From Pseudomonadota bacterium (GTDB lineage: Bacteria; Bdellovibrionota_B; Oligoflexia; Silvanigrellales; Silvanigrellaceae), in assembly GCA_039799905.1 (NCBI GenBank), contig JBDLRP010000032.1, positions 32,001 through 96,000 on the forward strand: a stretch of DNA of 64,000 nucleotides, read 5' to 3'. The notes below the pieces were generated by a model. That model was not told the origin of the DNA, ran no database searches, and worked only from the letters and a program-made list of their open reading frames with translations. Below are positions 11,316 through 21,028 of this stretch, one piece after another (position 1 is the stretch's first letter; every line of letters begins with the position of its first letter). The translations under genes and the position numbers were made by a program.

Positions 11316-11816
11316 TCAGTAAAGGCTCGGGTTGGTGTGGAGATGATCCACATATTGGGCAATCTCGGAGATGACATCCTGAGGCAGCTGCGAAAAGCTC
11401 GGCATTTGGCTGCCGGGCAGGCCCTCGATGAGTGTTTTGCTCACTCCTGCAACTGTGAGATCATTTTTCAGACCCGAAGGTGCCGGGGAAAGGAAATTGG
11501 GCAACTTGCGGCTGAGTGTCTGGCTGAGCGGTCCGTTTCCGCGTCCTTCAGGACCATGGCAACCTGCACAGTATTGTTGGAAGTGATACCGGCCTTTGGC
11601 TTGTGCTTCTGTTAGTTGAAACTTAGCCTGCGCTTCGGGATCGAGCGCCCATGGTGCGGCTGTTTTGTGAAACAACATTCCGACGGGTGACGAATCAAAA
11701 AATGCGGGCAGAATCAAAAATCCGACTGCCAAGAGGGTGAACAGCCCCACCAGGGAGTAGGTGATGGCCTTAATTGGTAACGGTTTTGGATTTTGCTCAT
11801 TGTTTTCGCTCGTCAT
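11316..11816 (-). CDS. Membrane-anchored monoheme cytochrome c
   Basis: N-terminal TM helix, CAGCH, GSQMP. ATG 11816 follows GGAG. Confidence 0.85.
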   Translation of the reverse strand: MTSENNEQNPKPLPIKAITYSLVGLFTLLAVGFLILPAFFDSSPVGMLFHKTAAPWALDPEAQAKFQLTEAQAKGRYHFQQYCAGCHGPEGRGNGPLSQTLSRKLPNFLSPAPSGLKNDLTVAGVSKTLIEGLPGSQMPSFSQLPQDVISEIAQYVDHLHTNPSLY

Positions 11817-11832
11817 GTGAGGCTCCAATTTC

Positions 11833-12936
11833 TTGAACTTCAGCTTGCTTGACCACCCTCTGGATAGCAAGAGCCTGCGCTCACTCTCCTCTGCGGGGGT
11901 TTACATATTTTTAGCCGAACCACGCGAAAAAGCTGAAGCCAAACTGGGCGCGGGCGGCGGAATTTTATTCGCGTTGAGTGAAGGGCTGGAGGTTCTGTAC
12001 GTTGGCAAGGCAAAAGAATTGCGCCAGCGTCTGCAGAACTACCGCCGCGGCGGAAGCGGATCCGCCGGTGAATGGCAAAAATCGGCAAAGCTGAATGAAG
12101 CTGCAAAATCGGTTTTGATCATTCCGACTCCGACTCATTTTGAAGCTTGTTTGCTTGAATTATTTCTGATCCGAATTCTCGTTCCTCAGTTGAATTACAC
12201 AAGCACTGACGCTGGGCGGATTTATTTTGTTTTGCAGGACCGGCTCAGTCGGCGGCTGAGCGTTTCATCGAGAAAAAAAACTGGCATGAAGGTCTGGGGA
12301 GTGGTCAGGGCTCGCCGACAGGTGCGAGCGGCTTTTGATGCGCTGACGGAAAGTTTGGACAATTATCAGGAAGCCTCCGGCGAAATTGCGTTTCAACCGT
12401 TTTATTCCCGTTTTGGAAGAAGCAGCGGCGGCGGACGATTGATTGTCGATGTGGCTGCGCAAAGCTCAGAGCTATGCAGCAACTTTTTGCGCGGACGCCG
12501 CAGCGGAATTGTCGACGCAGTCTGGAAAGCGATGAAAAAAGCTGCCGAATCGCAACAGTTTCATGTGGCGGCACAGATGCGTGACCGCTATCTGGTGCTT
12601 CACGAACTGCAAAGTCAATTGCGGCGCTCGCGCAGGTTGATACGCGGTTTTCGCAACGTCCGCATCGATATTCCCGCGAGTGGATCTGTTCCTGCGCGCA
12701 CTTTTGTGGTGCGTCGCTTTCAAGTTTGCGGATTTGAGATGAAAACGGCAGAGAATTTTTTGCAAAATGAATCTCCCTTTTCCGAAATTTTCAGAGATGC
12801 CGTTGAGCATTTCCGGCGGGAGTTTTCTGATTGTGGTGAAATTGAAAGTCTGAGGGTGAATTTTGAATTTTTGCGTTTGATGTTATGGTGGCACGGAAAT
12901 CGCTCCGAAAGAGAACAAACCGATTCAGGTTCGTGA
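11833..12936 (+). CDS. GIY-YIG nuclease with UVR-like helix (UvrC N-terminal/Cho-like)
   Basis: GVYIF...LYVGKAKELRQRLQNY, EACLLE...PQLN, MKKAAESQQFHVAAQMRD. Confidence 0.72.
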   Translation: MNFSLLDHPLDSKSLRSLSSAGVYIFLAEPREKAEAKLGAGGGILFALSEGLEVLYVGKAKELRQRLQNYRRGGSGSAGEWQKSAKLNEAAKSVLIIPTPTHFEACLLELFLIRILVPQLNYTSTDAGRIYFVLQDRLSRRLSVSSRKKTGMKVWGVVRARRQVRAAFDALTESLDNYQEASGEIAFQPFYSRFGRSSGGGRLIVDVAAQSSELCSNFLRGRRSGIVDAVWKAMKKAAESQQFHVAAQMRDRYLVLHELQSQLRRSRRLIRGFRNVRIDIPASGSVPARTFVVRRFQVCGFEMKTAENFLQNESPFSEIFRDAVEHFRREFSDCGEIESLRVNFEFLRLMLWWHGNRSEREQTDSGS

Positions 12937-12989
12937 AATTTTCGGGTGCGCACACTCAGCAGCAGATTCAATTTATCGAGGACAGGAAT

Positions 12990-14549
12990 ATGGGTTTAGT
13001 TCGACGTTGGAATCTCGGATGTTCAAATCATCCTCTGCGGGCGCTGTGCTCGCTTTTGGTTGTGTGCGGCGGAGGACTTGGTCTTTCTTCCGAAGCTCTT
13101 GCTGTCACTGCGCAAGTCAGTGGAGAAGCAGCTGTCGTTGGCGAGTTTCTCTCAAGCATGCCGCCAAAGAGTGCAGAGTTCAAAGGCCTGCGCCGTGGAG
13201 TGCGAGTGCCGCTGGGACTCCGTCTTGAAGGCCGAGCATCGAGCAACGTCAGCGTGTTTTTGGATTTGCGCTACAACGCCAATCAGTATCCGGAAGTCGC
13301 ATTTCCGCTCGGCAACATGGAAGACACTTCGGCTGGAGCCAAAACAACCGGCAACGATGTCAATCATCCGTTCAGCAAATTCGGTGGACGTGGCGAGAAA
13401 CGCGAGTGGCTCAAAGTGAATCAGGCGTTTGTTCAATATGACAGCGGTGATGCCGGCCGATTCCGCGCAGGACGCATTCCGCGCAATTGGGGATTGGGCA
13501 TCTGGCTTGATGACGAGTGGAAGCCTGAAGGCGGAACACGTTCCACCTCGGACGCAATCTCGTATACGCTCGATTTTCCTTCCGAGCTGTTGGCAACCGT
13601 GTATTGGGAAAAGATCTCTGAGGGCAGTTTGAGTTCGGATACGGATGACGCCGACGCATTGACGGGTGAGATTGTCATCGGCGACCGCGGAACCGACGGC
13701 TCTTCTTCCGGATTGAGCAGAAAGCTCGGACTTGCTTTCAGCAAATACGATCACAAAGATTCTTCCACCGAGCTGAAGATTCTCGACATTTTCGGAGTTT
13801 TTTCGTTAGGCCGTGCCGGCTTTGAGGCTGAATTGAATTGGCCGACAGGCAAGTCCCGTTCGCTCAATTACGCATCCGCAGGCGGTGAAGCAGTCAATCC
13901 GGACGGCTCCGCACTGTCACGAGATTCTCAGTCGGTTGAAGGTTTGAATATACTGATGCGCGCCCGTTATCAGCTGGGCGGAGGTGTTTCTGCGCCCGAT
14001 CGCAACATCAAAATCTCGCAAACTGATGCGACACGCCAACGCATTCCGACCAGTCAGGCGGGCGAATCGCAAATTCTCGGACTCACTGCCGGCTACAGTC
14101 GAGGTGACGCCGACGCGTTCGACAATGTGAAAAACAAGGACACAAAGGTCACGGGAATTCCGATGCATCCCAACGTCCGTCCGGCATTCCTCATGTTCAA
14201 CCCGCTGTCTGCGGACAAGGCTGGAATGCCAGGAGCAATTGTGCGCAATGTGCTCTTCGCGCGAGCCGAGTACAGCTACGAATCCGCGGGAGTGGGCATG
14301 TTGACCCCAGCTGTGATTTTTGCACGTCTTGATCAGACGAACACAAAGGCCAGCGCAGCGGACACAAACGTTGGTGGTAACAGCAATCTGGGTTTTGAGT
14401 TTGACCTCAATTACTCATACCGCACGGTCGACGGGCTGCGGATTTCACTCGACGGTGGTCTTTGGGTTCCCGGCGGAGCTTGGGAAACATCAGGTGTGAA
14501 GCCTGAAACTGTATACGGTATCAGGGCAACTGCAGCGACTTTCTTCTGA
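12990..14549 (+). CDS. Outer-membrane beta-barrel protein
   Basis: Signal peptide, alternating amphipathic strands, GRIPRNWGLGI, LGFEFDLNYSY, terminal Phe. Confidence 0.75.
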   Translation: MGLVRRWNLGCSNHPLRALCSLLVVCGGGLGLSSEALAVTAQVSGEAAVVGEFLSSMPPKSAEFKGLRRGVRVPLGLRLEGRASSNVSVFLDLRYNANQYPEVAFPLGNMEDTSAGAKTTGNDVNHPFSKFGGRGEKREWLKVNQAFVQYDSGDAGRFRAGRIPRNWGLGIWLDDEWKPEGGTRSTSDAISYTLDFPSELLATVYWEKISEGSLSSDTDDADALTGEIVIGDRGTDGSSSGLSRKLGLAFSKYDHKDSSTELKILDIFGVFSLGRAGFEAELNWPTGKSRSLNYASAGGEAVNPDGSALSRDSQSVEGLNILMRARYQLGGGVSAPDRNIKISQTDATRQRIPTSQAGESQILGLTAGYSRGDADAFDNVKNKDTKVTGIPMHPNVRPAFLMFNPLSADKAGMPGAIVRNVLFARAEYSYESAGVGMLTPAVIFARLDQTNTKASAADTNVGGNSNLGFEFDLNYSYRTVDGLRISLDGGLWVPGGAWETSGVKPETVYGIRATAATFF

Positions 14550-14555
14550 AGTTCA

Positions 14556-15707
14556 TCAGAGCCCGCGGATGAAGTTTGAGGGGTCGACGCGTCTGCCGCC
14601 GACTTCAACTTCATAGTGGAGATGCGGGCCTGTCGTTCTGCCAGTTGCACCGACCAGTCCAATTAAGTCGCCCTTGGACACGCGCGTACCTGTTTTGACA
14701 AGAATCTTGGATGCGTGTGCGTAGCGTGTTGTCACTCCGAATCCATGAGCTATTTCGATAAAATTTCCATAGTCCTCTGCTGTGCCCGCACGAATCACCG
14801 TGCCGCTTGCAGCTGCTCGGATCGGTGCTCCCATCGGTGCGGCAATATCCACGCCCTGATGCATTTTGGCTTCACCGGTGAAAGGGCTCGCGCGCTTTCC
14901 GTAGAATGAAGTCACAAATCCCTGAACCGGTGAAATGGTCGGCGTTTGCGACAGCCGCACGCGGTATCCTTGCAGCTCTTTGAGGAGAGTGCTGAGCCCC
15001 TGCAATTGCACCGAGCTCTTGTCGCGGATGTCGGTGAGCGCCGCGAACAGGTCCCTGAATTCAAGATTTTCAGTGTTCACATTGCTGCCGACTGCCTGTG
15101 CAGGCAGGTCGATTTTCTTTTCGTCGTCGGAGAGCGATTCGTTCGATGGAGCCTGCCCTCTGAGCCCTGCTGTTTTGTCGGTCTGCTGGGTGAGGTCATT
15201 CTTGATTTTTGACTTTGCGCGGAAACTCAGCGCGAAAGCGCCCGACTTTTTTTTTTCGCTGCGCGGATCGAGGCTTGCGGCTTCCTGACGGACTTGGTCA
15301 GAGATGTGGTCGACCTGAACCAGGTTGGATTTTACTTCTTGAAGTTTTGCGACAAGAGCCGCCGCCTCCGAACGGATGGCTACGTTCTCGGCGCGCAGTC
15401 GCTCGTATTCAACGTGCAGTGAAGCCATTTTTACCAAGTTGGCCGACAGAGCGCTGACAAGACCGAGCAAAGCGCAGACGATCGCAAGTGAACCATAAAG
15501 CACGACTTTTGGAATCCGGATACGCCGCGATGTGGCACTTTCATTCGGTATATATATGAAAGTTACGCAGGGCAGTCGTGCGAACCAACCCGTCTGGCCA
15601 ACCACTGTCTTTGGTGGTTTAGACTCGTATGGTTTTTGATTATACTGCCCTTTGCCAGACACAACGCCTCCCCTTTCCCTTAATTCAGACGAGAGATCGG
15701 CTGCCAT
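14556..15707 (-). CDS. M23 family metallopeptidase with TM helix and coiled coil
   Basis: HQGVD, YAH and TGPHLHYEV motifs. Confidence 0.92.
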   Translation of the reverse strand: MAADLSSELRERGGVVSGKGQYNQKPYESKPPKTVVGQTGWFARLPCVTFIYIPNESATSRRIRIPKVVLYGSLAIVCALLGLVSALSANLVKMASLHVEYERLRAENVAIRSEAAALVAKLQEVKSNLVQVDHISDQVRQEAASLDPRSEKKKSGAFALSFRAKSKIKNDLTQQTDKTAGLRGQAPSNESLSDDEKKIDLPAQAVGSNVNTENLEFRDLFAALTDIRDKSSVQLQGLSTLLKELQGYRVRLSQTPTISPVQGFVTSFYGKRASPFTGEAKMHQGVDIAAPMGAPIRAAASGTVIRAGTAEDYGNFIEIAHGFGVTTRYAHASKILVKTGTRVSKGDLIGLVGATGRTTGPHLHYEVEVGGRRVDPSNFIRGL

Positions 15708-15775
15708 TTCGTGGAACTTGAATGCACAAAGTGCGTTTCCGTCAAAACAACAACGGTTTTGCTAGAGACACGACC

Positions 15776-16606
15776 CTAAGAGTCCAATGCGACTACGATT
15801 ACCGTGATGTTGTCCTCTCCGCCCCGCTCTTTGGACAACTCGACCATGTGCTCGCAAACCCACTCAAGGTCGTCCTCCATCATGAGGTCTGCCATTTCCC
15901 TCTCACTAATTTTGTTGGAGAGGCCATCGCTGCACAACAGGAAGCGGTCGCCGCGGAACGGTTGAAAGCTGAAGACGTCAACCTCCTCATCTTCCTGATA
16001 ACCCACGCAGCGAGTGATGACGCTCTTCATCTGTGCCGCTGCAGGAGAGTCGGGCGCGAGTACACCGGCCTTGACCTTTTCTTGAAAAAGACTGTGATCG
16101 TTGGTGATTTGGTAAAGCAACCCTGCTCTCAACAGGTAGCAACGACTGTCTCCGACGTGTGCCACCAACGCCTTTGAACTTCCGAGTTTGACGGTGTCGC
16201 TGGAGAGCTGAACTGGAAGCCAAAGCGCAGTTGTCGTGGTGCCCATGCCGCGCAGATGGGGCATCTCCAATGAACGCGAATAAATATTCAGACTGGCCGT
16301 GTTGATCGCCTGTTTGAGGATTGTCTCTCGGGTGACTTGGTCTGAGCAGAACAAGTCGCGGAATCGCGTCGAAACCTCTGACTCAAGTGTTTCAACAGCC
16401 AAATGACTGGCAACTTCTCCTCCAGCTCGGCCACCCATGCCGTCGGCCACCAGAAACAAACCTATGGACGGGTCGGCGAGATAGGAGTCCTGATTATTTT
16501 CGCGCACCATTCCGACATCCGTGCGAAGCGTATGGCGCAGTTGCAGTCCGTTCCATTCGCAGAGCGAGCGTTTAGCGTTGGCCAGTGGCTGGTTGCGCAT
16601 GCCCAT
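15776..16606 (-). CDS. Stp1/PrpC-type PP2C Ser/Thr phosphatase
   Basis: RENNQD, VADGMGG, GMGTT, HVGDSR, LCSDGL, GGEDNIT. Confidence 0.93.
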   Translation of the reverse strand: MGMRNQPLANAKRSLCEWNGLQLRHTLRTDVGMVRENNQDSYLADPSIGLFLVADGMGGRAGGEVASHLAVETLESEVSTRFRDLFCSDQVTRETILKQAINTASLNIYSRSLEMPHLRGMGTTTTALWLPVQLSSDTVKLGSSKALVAHVGDSRCYLLRAGLLYQITNDHSLFQEKVKAGVLAPDSPAAAQMKSVITRCVGYQEDEEVDVFSFQPFRGDRFLLCSDGLSNKISEREMADLMMEDDLEWVCEHMVELSKERGGEDNITVIVVALDS

Positions 16607-16789
16607 GTGGGATCCTTTCAACAGACAAGTCCGACTGCGGTCATTTTGATTTAAGTGCTGAAATTGGAGGCAGAGCCGTCGGCGCCGCATGTCAAAGTTG
16701 ACAGGCGGCAATCGCTGCCTGCGCAGAAAAACACAAGACCAGACGAAACAAGATTGTCAGGTGGTGACCTGAGCATAAGACGAGGGGGA

Positions 16790-16866
<77 letters not shown>

Positions 16867-16921
16867 ACCCCTCTGGCTTATCACACCGCCATTGTGTTGC
16901 AAGTGACGGGGACGCCTCAGA

Positions 16922-18682
16922 ATGAGCGGAGCGCGGATAATCGAAATCATCAAGCGTTCGAACATCGTGAGCCAAGCCGATATGGTGCGTGCTCTCGAGT
17001 TCTCGAACCGCGACGCGATACCGCTGCCGCTCTTCCTTTTGCGCAACAAATTGGTCGCCGAAGACCAGCTGATGCGGGTCCTTTCCGAGGGGCTCGGCGG
17101 ACTTGAAGTCGTTGCACCCGATAAAATGGAAATTGAACAGTCAGTTCTCGCGAGCGTACCCAAAGAGTTGGTTCTCCAGCACCGTATAATTCCTATCAAC
17201 AGAATCACGAACAACTTGATCGTCGCCGTCGGAGACCCGACCAATCTCGGCTTGTTTGATGCGATTTCGGCAAAACTCGGCGTTAAGCTCAGGCTCAAGC
17301 TAGCCAGTGATTTATCGATTCAAAATGCAATGAACCGTTATTACGGAGCCAGTGAAGAGGCTGCAAAAATTGCCGCCCAGCAAAAGAGTGCTGCTCAGGC
17401 GCGGAGTCAGGCTACGAGCCGCAGTACCGGAATCAGCTCGACCGCACCGGCAGGCAATGAAAGCGGCGAAAGTTACGTCATAAGCTATATCGAACGTTTG
17501 ATGCTCACCGCGGCGCAGCGACGGGCAAGTGATATCCATATTGAACCATTCGAGTCGAGCATGCGCATCCGTCTGCGTGTGGACGGCTCGCTGCTTGAAT
17601 ACAAACCACAGCCGCGATTCGAATTTCGTGATGCGATTCTCTCGCGTGTCAAGTTGATCTCAGGACTGGATATTTTCGAAAAGCGGCTTCCACAAGACGG
17701 AAACACCAAACTGGACATCCCAGGGCTGGGTAAAATGGACTTTCGCGTCAGCAGCCTGCCGTCGGTGTGGGGAGAAAAAATAGTTCTGCGCCTTCTGGAC
17801 AAAAGCAACCTGCAACTCGACATGACGCAGCTCGGCTTCGACACCGTTCAGCTCGATCAATTCAAAGACTGCATTCTGAAACCGTTCGGAATGGTGATCG
17901 TCACCGGACCCACCGGTTCAGGAAAGACGACAACTTTGTATTCAGCGCTGAACGAACTGAACCGGATCACCGACAATGTTGTCACGGCAGAGGATCCAGT
18001 CGAGTTCACCATTCCGGGGATTTGTCAGGTCAACGTCCGGCCGGATATCGAGTTCACCTTCTCTAAAGCGCTCAAAGCCTTCTTGCGTCAGGATCCGGAT
18101 GTCATAATGGTGGGTGAGATCCGCGACCTCGAAACAGGTGAGATTGCCATGAAAGCAGCGCTCACCGGTCACATCGTCCTTTCAACTCTGCACACCAACA
18201 ATGCGGCCGAGAGTATCGAGCGTCTGCGAAACATGGGAATTGACAGATTTACTATAGTGTCTGCGCTCAACTGTGTTGTCGCCCAGCGCCTCGTAAGAAA
18301 AATTTGCAACGAGTGCCGCATCGAGGATCCGGTCCCGGCAGAGAAACAAATCGCACTCGGCTTGCCTGAGAAGTACGTCGGAAAGTTCAAAATTTACAAG
18401 GGTGCGGGCTGCGAGACGTGCAACAATACGGGTTACAAGGGGCGCGCTGCGATCTATGAGGTGCTTGTTGTCAACGAGCCTGTGAAGCGGGCTATTGTAG
18501 ATAATATGACCGCACTGGACCTCAAAAGAATCGCCATGGCCAATGGAATGCAGACTCTCCGTCAAAGCGCTTGGAAAAAGGTTTATCGTGGAATTTCGAC
18601 AATTGATGAGCTTGTCGAAGCAAGCGGTTCTGATGATGACACAACAACATCCAGCAAGTCTGAGACATTAAGGAGTGCGTGA
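16922..18682 (+). CDS. pilB: Type IV pilus assembly ATPase PilB
   Basis: ASDIHIEP, RLPQDG, GPTGSGKTT, LRQDPD, TGHIVLSTLH, CxxC pairs. Confidence 0.93.
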   Translation: MSGARIIEIIKRSNIVSQADMVRALEFSNRDAIPLPLFLLRNKLVAEDQLMRVLSEGLGGLEVVAPDKMEIEQSVLASVPKELVLQHRIIPINRITNNLIVAVGDPTNLGLFDAISAKLGVKLRLKLASDLSIQNAMNRYYGASEEAAKIAAQQKSAAQARSQATSRSTGISSTAPAGNESGESYVISYIERLMLTAAQRRASDIHIEPFESSMRIRLRVDGSLLEYKPQPRFEFRDAILSRVKLISGLDIFEKRLPQDGNTKLDIPGLGKMDFRVSSLPSVWGEKIVLRLLDKSNLQLDMTQLGFDTVQLDQFKDCILKPFGMVIVTGPTGSGKTTTLYSALNELNRITDNVVTAEDPVEFTIPGICQVNVRPDIEFTFSKALKAFLRQDPDVIMVGEIRDLETGEIAMKAALTGHIVLSTLHTNNAAESIERLRNMGIDRFTIVSALNCVVAQRLVRKICNECRIEDPVPAEKQIALGLPEKYVGKFKIYKGAGCETCNNTGYKGRAAIYEVLVVNEPVKRAIVDNMTALDLKRIAMANGMQTLRQSAWKKVYRGISTIDELVEASGSDDDTTTSSKSETLRSA

Positions 18683-18683
18683 G

Positions 18684-19772
18684 ATGACAACGCGCATTAC
18701 GCTTCAGCAGCTTCTCAAAACTCAGGCTGAACAGAGTGCATCCGACCTGCACATCAGCGTAGGCACACCGCCGCAGCTGAGAATTCACGGCGAATTGTGT
18801 CCGGTCAAGGTCGAGCCTCTTACGTCAGTCGATACAGAGGCACTTTGCTATTCGGTGCTGACCGAGGAGCAGCGGAGGATATTCGAAGAGAACCGCGAGA
18901 TCGACCTCTCCTTCAGTGTCAAGGGCGTTGCACGCTTCCGTGCGAACATTTTCAGGCAGAAATCAGCCGTCGGCGGAGTTTTTCGTCTCATTCCTCATCA
19001 GATCCGCACATTCGAGGAACTTCGACTGCCTCTGGTTGTCGGAAGTTTATGCGAGCTTAGCCGCGGTCTTGTTCTTGTGACTGGAGCGACAGGAAGCGGT
19101 AAATCGACCACACTTGCTGCAATGATCGATAAAATAAACCGCGAGGTTGCCGGCCATATTCTGACCCTTGAGGATCCAATCGAGTTTTCACACGAACACA
19201 AGCGGTGCGTCGTGAACCAGCGTGAGGTTGGCGCCGACACCATGTCGATTACGCGCGCACTCAAGAGCTCTCTGCGTCAGGACCCCGACGTCGTGCTGAT
19301 CGGAGAATTGCGGGATTACGAGACCATTTCAGCAGCACTGACGATTGCCGAGACAGGACACCTTGTGTTTGCGACTCTTCACACGAACTCGGCAATCACG
19401 ACCATCAACAGAATTATCGACGTATTTCCTGCTCACCAGCACAATCAGGTACGCACTCAGCTGTCGAGTACCCTGCAGGGTGTGCTCAGTCAGCAGCTTT
19501 TGCCTTGTGCCACCGGAGGCCGTGTACTCGCCCTTGAAGTGTTGATACCCAACGCAGCCATTCGCAGCCAAATCCGTGAAGATAAAATTCACATGATCTA
19601 TCAGAGCATGCAGATGGGAGGCGAAAAAACCGGCATGCAGACGCTCAATCAGAATTTAGCGTTGCTTGTGCAGAAGCGGGCGATCTCGATCGATGTCGCG
19701 ATGAATTCCGCATACGATCCTGAAGAGCTCAAGAGTCTGCTCGCACGGGTCGGTGTCGGAAAAGTAGGATAA
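18684..19772 (+). CDS. pilT: Type IV pilus retraction ATPase PilT
   Basis: ASDLH, GATGSGKSTT, TLEDPIEF, AIRSQIRE (AIRNLIRE-like), GMQT. AAGGAG RBS before ATG 18684. Confidence 0.95.
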   Translation: MTTRITLQQLLKTQAEQSASDLHISVGTPPQLRIHGELCPVKVEPLTSVDTEALCYSVLTEEQRRIFEENREIDLSFSVKGVARFRANIFRQKSAVGGVFRLIPHQIRTFEELRLPLVVGSLCELSRGLVLVTGATGSGKSTTLAAMIDKINREVAGHILTLEDPIEFSHEHKRCVVNQREVGADTMSITRALKSSLRQDPDVVLIGELRDYETISAALTIAETGHLVFATLHTNSAITTINRIIDVFPAHQHNQVRTQLSSTLQGVLSQQLLPCATGGRVLALEVLIPNAAIRSQIREDKIHMIYQSMQMGGEKTGMQTLNQNLALLVQKRAISIDVAMNSAYDPEELKSLLARVGVGKVG

Positions 19773-19789
19773 TTCGATGAATCAAGCGG

Positions 19790-21028
19790 GTGACCAGCAT
19801 GGCATTTTTTGAATACGACGGCCGTGACAGAGCAGGCCGACGCCAGCGTGGTCGGCTTGAAGCCAGAACCGAAGCTGAGGCGCGTCAGCTGGTTAAGTTC
19901 ATGGGACTTCCGCCGAGCAGTCTAAAAAGCGCAAATTTGCTGGCACTTGAATTCAAGCTTCCCCCGCAATTTCAGAAATTTTTTGATCAGCGCGGTGTCA
20001 AGGATAGCGATTTGGTGACCTTTACCAAACAGCTTTCGGTTATGATTGATGCGGGTGTTTCTGTTATCAAAGGGCTCGAGATTCTGGGTGAGCAGGCGCA
20101 AAATCCGGTGATGAAGCGTGCCATTCAGGAAGTCCGCGCAAAGGTTGAACGCGGACAGGACTTGGGCGACGCTCTCGCCAGCGTGCCTTCGGTTTTTGAC
20201 GACCTCTATTGTTCGCTTGTGCGTGCCGGAAGTACGTCTGGACAGCTCGATGTCATTTTAAAAAGGCTCAGCTCATATATCGAAAAAAATGCAAAGCTCA
20301 AGCGGCAGCTGTTTGGAGCCATGTTCTATCCGGCGATCATTATTCTTCTCGCCACAGCTCTCACAGCATTCATGCTTCTCGTGGTGGTTCCTATGCTTGC
20401 CACGACATTCATCGAAGGCGGTCAGGAGCTTCCCGGTCTGACTCTTGCAGTCATCAATGCGAGCAATTTCCTGCGCGACAACTTCTTTTTGATTGTGATT
20501 GCCATTGGCGGTGGTGCATTTTTCTTCAGACGCTGGGTCAAAACTCCCGCCGGGCGTTACCAATGGGATTCCATTCTTCTGCGGATTCCGCTCATAGGTA
20601 CGCTCGTCAAGAAAATCAGCCTGGCCCGCTTTGCGAGCACGACTTCCACTCTCGTTGCTTCGGGTATCGGCATTACCGATGTGTTGCAGACAGCGTCTGC
20701 CGTGCTTGGGAACAAGGTCTTGGAAAAGGGAATCCTGCGCGTCCGAGACGCCGTCATTCAGGGTAAGGGTATGGGTGGACCCATGTCCGAGGAAGAGTTC
20801 ATTCCGCAAATGGTTTCGAGCATGGTCGCCATTGGAGAGGCTTCGGGGCGGCTCGACATCATGCTGCAAAAGGTTTCCGATTTCTACGAAGAGGAAGTCG
20901 ATGTGGCGATGTCAGCTGTTCTTAAAGCAATCGAACCTCTGCTGTTCGTGGTTATCGGCGGAATTGTCGGTGTTATTTTGATCGCGATGTACCTGCCGGT
21001 GTTTGATTTGGCTTCGGTCGGCGGGTGA
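19790..21028 (+). CDS. pilC: Type IV pilus platform protein PilC (T2SS F family)
   Basis: FTKQLSVMIDAG, AMFYP, IGEASGRLD, IAMYLPVF; follows pilB and pilT. Confidence 0.93.
   Translation: MTSMAFFEYDGRDRAGRRQRGRLEARTEAEARQLVKFMGLPPSSLKSANLLALEFKLPPQFQKFFDQRGVKDSDLVTFTKQLSVMIDAGVSVIKGLEILGEQAQNPVMKRAIQEVRAKVERGQDLGDALASVPSVFDDLYCSLVRAGSTSGQLDVILKRLSSYIEKNAKLKRQLFGAMFYPAIIILLATALTAFMLLVVVPMLATTFIEGGQELPGLTLAVINASNFLRDNFFLIVIAIGGGAFFFRRWVKTPAGRYQWDSILLRIPLIGTLVKKISLARFASTTSTLVASGIGITDVLQTASAVLGNKVLEKGILRVRDAVIQGKGMGGPMSEEEFIPQMVSSMVAIGEASGRLDIMLQKVSDFYEEEVDVAMSAVLKAIEPLLFVVIGGIVGVILIAMYLPVFDLASVGG

Noticed and set aside
15247..15256. T10 tract in the M23 gene as a phase-variation site
   Set aside because: The reading frame is intact (encodes a Lys run) and there is no evidence of slippage from a single sequence.
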